From Candidatus Krumholzibacteriaceae bacterium (GTDB taxonomy: Archaea > Thermoproteota > Bathyarchaeia > TCS64), in assembly GCA_035529515.1 (NCBI GenBank), contig DATKWN010000033.1, positions 1-36,805 on the forward strand: a DNA stretch of 36,805 nucleotides, written 5' to 3'. Both the position numbers and the translations under genes were made by a program. Numbering within the stretch: position 1 is the stretch's first letter; each line of letters starts with the position of its first letter. Shown here piece by piece: positions 32,772 through 36,805 of the stretch. The notes under the pieces were generated by a model that saw nothing but the letters and a program-made list of their open reading frames with translations, did no database searches and was not told the DNA's origin.

Positions 32772-33578
32772 CTACCATGCGAATATCCCCGAGACATCGA
32801 AGCCGACGGTCGCTAGAATCGAGCCCAGCAGGATTAAGATAAGGGCTACGTATTTACCGATGTCCTGACCTGCGAGGGAGGCAGTTTGCGTCGGATCCTC
32901 TGAAACGTAAGCACCCAGTGCGTAGAGTTCCTCCCCTATGAGGCTGTAGTCACAAATGGCGACTAGGAAAGGTATGTTGTGGGTGGTGTCGGTGGCGCCA
33001 AGGGTAAGGGCACCCACTCTGGCGGCGTTCTCTGTGAAGATTACGGCCTTGTGGTACCAGCTGCCGAGGAAGAAGACCCCAGCCACCTTCTGGCTCCACA
33101 TGTTGTTTATGATGTACATCCTGTCGGCGCCGTCGGGTAGGTACATGACTGTGCCGAAGGGATCGAAGTCCTCGGGCTTGCCCTCGGCCTTGTATGCCTC
33201 CTCGACGATGTCATTGGCGATAGAGTAAGCCAGACCCTGGACCACAGGGACAAAAAACTTGGCCCCAAGCCGGGCTGCCATCCTCGCAGTATAAGATAGG
33301 ATCTGAAAGGCCGCGACCGTCGGAGCCAGCACGCTCGGTGTCGTCATGTCGACGGTGTCCATGAGGTACCAAGCCGGGGCGCCCATCTCGACGCATCTAC
33401 CTATGATCTCCTCGATGGAGTCGACGGCTTGAAACCGTCTGAGTTTTGGCATCTTTCCTGAGTAAGATCGCTGCATATAGTACAGAATCCCTGCTACGAT
33501 TATGATCAGAATTGATAGACCTAGTATTCTTCCAGTTATTAGTATAGACATTTTTATCCGAAGAGAGATTGTAATCAT
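32772..33578 (-). CDS. Uncharacterised bitopic membrane protein with a large central soluble domain (A1)
   Basis: 268 aa from ATG 33578. ATG 33551 (MSILITGRILGLSILIIIVAGILYY) is more likely, given the TATA-like TTTTATAATAA at 33581-33591. The protein has N- and C-terminal TM helices. The block GATDTTHNIPFLVAICDYSLIGEELYALGAY parallels GMCTTNEVPNFSPYISAGQLQGLFGGVRGSAEY in A2. Confidence 0.7.
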   Translation of the reverse strand: MITISLRIKMSILITGRILGLSILIIIVAGILYYMQRSYSGKMPKLRRFQAVDSIEEIIGRCVEMGAPAWYLMDTVDMTTPSVLAPTVAAFQILSYTARMAARLGAKFFVPVVQGLAYSIANDIVEEAYKAEGKPEDFDPFGTVMYLPDGADRMYIINNMWSQKVAGVFFLGSWYHKAVIFTENAARVGALTLGATDTTHNIPFLVAICDYSLIGEELYALGAYVSEDPTQTASLAGQDIGKYVALILILLGSILATVGFDVSGIFAW

Positions 33579-33580
33579 TT

Positions 33581-33591
33581 ATTATAAAAGG
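33581..33591 (-). promoter_or_regulatory. TATA-box-like element for the A1-B1-A2-B2 operon
   Basis: The minus strand reads CCTTTTATAATAA just upstream of 33578 and about 30-40 nt upstream of ATG 33551. A T5 tract (GGGGTTTTTC) lies further upstream, after oppF. Confidence 0.4.
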
Positions 33592-33736
33592 TTTTAGAAA
33601 AACCCCTAAAATTAAGTTTTAAATCGACATGTATTTATAAGATGTTAGAATACTCCGAACCATTGGAGCGAGGTTAATCGAAATCCTCTAAAGGTTATTA
33701 GCGGGGAGTGTTGCCTGCCTCAGAGCAAGGGTTTGC

Positions 33737-34735
33737 CTACCCGGGAGCAGAAGCCTTCAGGTGGCACGCCACCATCCTACCGCCCTCCACATCCACAAGC
33801 TGAGGCTCCTCCCTTCCGCAGATTTCCTCGGCGTAGGGGCACCGGGGGTGGAACCTGCAACCTGATGGCGGCTCGATGGCCGTCGGAACCTCCCCCTTTA
33901 TTTGGGGCTTAGGGTTATCGGAGTAGAGCCGTGGCACCGATGAGATGAGGGCCGCAGAGTATGGATGTATAGGGGCTTTGATGATTTCCTCGGTTCGACC
34001 TATCTCCACGATCTTGCCAAGGTACATCACCGCTATCCTGTCACAGACGTACCTGGCCACAGCCAGGTCATGGGTGATGAACAGGAAAGATATGTTGAAT
34101 CTCTCCCTTAGATCCTTAAGCAGGTTCAGTATACCTATCCTCATCGAGACATCTATCATGGAAACGGGTTCATCGGCCACGATGAATTCAGGGTTAAGGA
34201 TCAAGGCTCTCGCCACGGCTACTCTCTGCCTCTGGCCGCCGCTCAGTTCGTGTGGATAGTTGTATAGGAAGGTCTCGACGGGGGTAAGCTCAACGATCTC
34301 CATCATCGCGGTGATCCTCTTCTCGGCCTCCGATGTAGGAATTCCATGGATGTTCATGGGCTCGGCAATGATGTCGTAGATAGTCTTCCGTGGGTCAAGG
34401 CTGCTGTAGGGGTCTTGGAATATTATCTGAGTCCTCCTCCGGAACTCCTTTAACTCGTTTCCGTCCAGGTTGTTGATGTCGGAGCCGTCGAAAAGGATCT
34501 CTCCGGAGGTCGGGTTCTCTAGGAGCAGGAGTAGCCTTCCTGTTGTGGTTTTGCCGCAGCCGCTTTCCCCCACCAAGCCGAAGCTCTCTCCTTTCTTGAT
34601 GCCGAAGCTGACTCCGTCCACTGCATGCACGTAGATCTCCTTCTCCCCCAGCAGGGAGGAGAGGATGCCCTTGTTTATGGCGAAGTACTTCCTGAGGTTC
34701 TGCGTCTCTATCAGGTATCCGTCGATCTTCGTCAC
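33737..34735 (-). CDS. oppF: Oligopeptide/dipeptide ABC transporter ATP-binding protein, OppF/DppF type
   Basis: 332 aa with Walker A GESGCGKTT, the signature LSGGQRQR, Walker B FIVADEP and a C-terminal oligopeptide domain ([26 protein letters not shown]...ACHL). GTG start. Confidence 0.9.
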   Translation of the reverse strand: MTKIDGYLIETQNLRKYFAINKGILSSLLGEKEIYVHAVDGVSFGIKKGESFGLVGESGCGKTTTGRLLLLLENPTSGEILFDGSDINNLDGNELKEFRRRTQIIFQDPYSSLDPRKTIYDIIAEPMNIHGIPTSEAEKRITAMMEIVELTPVETFLYNYPHELSGGQRQRVAVARALILNPEFIVADEPVSMIDVSMRIGILNLLKDLRERFNISFLFITHDLAVARYVCDRIAVMYLGKIVEIGRTEEIIKAPIHPYSAALISSVPRLYSDNPKPQIKGEVPTAIEPPSGCRFHPRCPYAEEICGREEPQLVDVEGGRMVACHLKASAPG

Positions 34736-34739
34736 TCTT

Positions 34740-35693
34740 CTACCCCCTGAGGTGGCATGCTACCCTGTGCCCCGACCCCAATGTGATCATTTCAGGCTCC
34801 TCCCGTCTACACCTATCGGTGGCGTGGGGGCACCGGGGGTGGAACCTGCACCCCGTCGGTGGGTTCATCAGGCTCGGCGGCGCACCGCCTATAGCCTTGA
34901 GGTGCTTCCCCTCCCCGTCGATCGTGGGGAACGCTTCCATGAGGCCTGTGGTGTACGGGTGGAGGGGCTCCTTGATGAGGGTCCCTGTGTCGGTGACCTC
35001 CATGAGCTTACCCGCGTAGAAGATGCCCACGCGGTCGCATAGCTCCATTATGACGGAGAGGTCGTGGGTGATGAGGATCAGTGAGAGATTCAGCTCCTCC
35101 CTGAGCCTGTTGATGAGGTCGATGATCTGTCTCTGGATGATTACGTCTAGGGCAGTGGTGGGCTCGTCGGCTATGACAAGGTCAGGGCTGAGGGCGAGCG
35201 CCATGGCTATCATGGCCCTCTGCTTCATCCCTCCGCTGAACTCGTGGGGATAGTTGTCCACCCTTGACTCGTCGATCCCGACGAGCCTAAGCATTTCTCT
35301 GGCCCTGCTCAGCGCTTCCTCCTTGGAGGCCTTGTCGTGGTGGATAATGGCCTCGCATATCTGGTCCCCAACCTTGTAGACGGGGTTGAGGGCGTTCATC
35401 GCTCCCTGGAAGATCATGGATATCCTCTTCCACCTGATGGCGTCGATCTCCTCAATCGACTTCTCTAGGAGGTCCTCACCCTGGAACATTATCCTGCCGC
35501 CCTCTATTCGACCGGGGGGCTTGATAAGCCGCATAACCGATAGAGCCATGGTGGTCTTCCCGGACCCCGATTCGCCTGCCAGCCCGAAGGCCTCGCCTTT
35601 CCTTACCTGTAAAGTCACGCCGTCTACTGCCTTTACCACGCCGTCCATGGTATGGAAGTAGGTTCTGAGGTCTTCTATCTCAAGCAACTTCAA
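34740..35693 (-). CDS. oppD: Oligopeptide/dipeptide ABC transporter ATP-binding protein, OppD/DppD type
   Basis: 317 aa with Walker A GESGSGKTT, FSGGMKQR, LVIADEPTTALD and a C-terminal [28 protein letters not shown]...ACHL. Confidence 0.9.
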   Translation of the reverse strand: MKLLEIEDLRTYFHTMDGVVKAVDGVTLQVRKGEAFGLAGESGSGKTTMALSVMRLIKPPGRIEGGRIMFQGEDLLEKSIEEIDAIRWKRISMIFQGAMNALNPVYKVGDQICEAIIHHDKASKEEALSRAREMLRLVGIDESRVDNYPHEFSGGMKQRAMIAMALALSPDLVIADEPTTALDVIIQRQIIDLINRLREELNLSLILITHDLSVIMELCDRVGIFYAGKLMEVTDTGTLIKEPLHPYTTGLMEAFPTIDGEGKHLKAIGGAPPSLMNPPTGCRFHPRCPHATDRCRREEPEMITLGSGHRVACHLRG

Positions 35694-35697
35694 CTCT

Positions 35698-36030
35698 TCA
35701 CCGCCTCCTCAGCCTCGGGTTGAATATGTCGCTCAAGGTGTAACCCACGAAGGTGAAGCCCAGTCCCACCATAGTGATGCATAGCCCCGGCGGCACGATC
35801 CACCACCACGCCCTCCTGAGGAAGGCACCGTACGCCTGAGCGTAGTAGAGGAGCATACCCCAGCTAACGTGGGTAGGGTCTCCCAGCCCGAGGAAACTCA
35901 GCCCCGCTTCCCCTAGGATGGCGCCGACTACGCTTAGCACTGCTTGGGGCAGGATGAGGCCCACGACATTGGGCAGTATGTGGTCGTATATGATCCTGAA
36001 TGAGCCCGCACCAGCGGCCTTGCTACATCT
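35698..36030 (-). pseudogene. oppC: Truncated OppC/DppC-type ABC permease (C-terminal ~110 codons only)
   Basis: Only ...AAGAGSFRIIYDHILPNVVGLILPQAVLSVVGAILGEAGLSFLGLGDPTHVSWGMLLYYA...WWWIVPPGLCITMVGLGFTFVGYTLSDIFNPRL resembles OppC, and this corresponds to just the last third of the family. The 5' part of the track ORF (36031-36261) translates to Ser/Arg/Pro-rich sequence with no permease-like TM helices. Confidence 0.6.
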
Positions 36031-36264
36031 CCGTCCGGAGCAATCTGGACCAGCCTGTCGTAAACGCTGGGCTCTATTCGTATGGGCACGAGGCACCACT
36101 TCAGCTCCTTCTCCATAAGGCTCCTTACTCCCTCCTTTAGATGAGGAACTGATGGAGGACTTAGAGTTTGGCCGAAGCGAAAGACAGGCACGTTTCGACC
36201 ATGGCGAGGGCCCTGCTCTACATAATAGAGAAGCTACAAGGAAAGGCCTGACGCTCGTCAAGAT

Positions 36265-36805
36265 TCATCTAGTTAAATGACAGGCTACCTTGTGACCCGA
36301 GCTAACCTCTATTGAAAGGGGTTCCTCTCTTTCACATAACTCCTCCGTATATGGGCATCTCGGGTGAAACCTGCAACCCGAAGGAGGGTTCAGTGGACTC
36401 GGAACGTCTCCTTTAAGTATAATCTTCACATGCTTAAGATCTGGATCCGGTATCGGGATGGCTGAGAACAGTGCCCTCGTGTAGGGATGCAGGGGGTTTT
36501 CAAAGAGCTCGACCTTTGTTCCTGTCTCAACGATTTTTCCAACATACATCACAGCGATTCGGTCGCTCATGTATTCGATAACTGAAAGGTTGTGGGATAT
36601 GAACATGTATGTGAGATCCAGCTCCTTCTGCAGTTTTAGTAGGAGGTTCAGAATCTTTGCTTGGACGGATACGTCTAAAGCCGAAGTCGGCTCGTCGAGA
36701 ACTATGAATTTAGGGTTTAAAATAAGAGACCTAGCTATTCCAATTCTCTGCCTCTGCCCACCGCTGAACTCATGAGGGTATCGATAAAGATGTTCCTTCT
36801 TTAGA
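36265..36805 (-). CDS. Second OppF/DppF-type ABC ATP-binding protein; 5' end outside the window
   Basis: The frame stays open past the track start at 36606 to the window edge: ...[69 protein letters not shown]...[26 protein letters not shown]...ACHL. Confidence 0.85.
   Translation of the reverse strand, partial: LKKEHLYRYPHEFSGGQRQRIGIARSLILNPKFIVLDEPTSALDVSVQAKILNLLLKLQKELDLTYMFISHNLSVIEYMSDRIAVMYVGKIVETGTKVELFENPLHPYTRALFSAIPIPDPDLKHVKIILKGDVPSPLNPPSGCRFHPRCPYTEELCEREEPLSIEVSSGHKVACHLTR

Noticed and set aside
33579-35693. oppD and oppF plus the four novel membrane proteins as one ABC transporter operon, with the new proteins replacing OppB and OppC.
   Set aside because: A 158-nt AT-rich spacer separates oppF from A1. 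It carries a T5 tract after oppF and TATA-like elements before A1, so independent transcription is more likely. None of the four proteins shows the EAA-type coupling motif of ABC permeases by eye. A functional link remains possible but unsupported.
1-36805. Search for CRISPR arrays, tRNA or rRNA genes and long tandem repeats.
   Set aside because: I found no regularly spaced direct repeats, no T-loop (GGTTCRAATC-type) or acceptor-stem patterns, and no rRNA-like stretches by eye. Only short local repeats and palindromes turned up, and these are reported separately.

Overview
Archaeal chromosomal segment, judged from TFB, a type III RuBisCO with its AMP-salvage partners, a short archaeal-type TIM and GTP-PEPCK. 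No rRNA, tRNA or CRISPR array was recognised. From 1 to about 24.4 kb the DNA is GC-rich with a strong GC3 bias. From about 24.4 kb to the end it is visibly AT-richer and mosaic. (1) 0-7.6 kb holds housekeeping genes: PEPCK, endonuclease V, a HemL-like aminotransferase, TIM, Mpg glycosylase and a CoA-transferase. (2) 8.0-16.4 kb is the most unusual part. Six paralogous ~150-aa proteins of no family I recognise carry a Gly/Ala-rich glycine-zipper-like hydrophobic segment. They sit with two paralogous Lys-rich helical proteins around a CPA1 antiporter, a CPA2 antiporter and CorA. The arrangement is two mirror-image modules of paralog-paralog-Lys-rich protein followed by cation transporter(s), with a predicted DNA-binding protein at each outer edge. 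I propose this as an undescribed ion-homeostasis or stress accessory system. (3) 16.4-24.2 kb holds a PNPOx-like protein, an M42 peptidase, the complete AMP-salvage trio (AMP phosphorylase, RuBisCO, R15P isomerase), TFB and a TauE-like permease. (4) 24.4-36.8 kb is a lower-GC peptide and threonine catabolism island showing decay. Its kbl gene carries an in-frame TGA, an IS transposase remnant lies beside it, tdh is intact, and there is an 850-aa M14-like peptidase. It also holds a tight four-gene operon of uncharacterised membrane proteins with an A-B-A-B architecture, an Opp/Dpp ATPase pair, a truncated oppC remnant and a second oppF-like gene running off the window. All functional calls come from by-eye motif recognition, not database searches.
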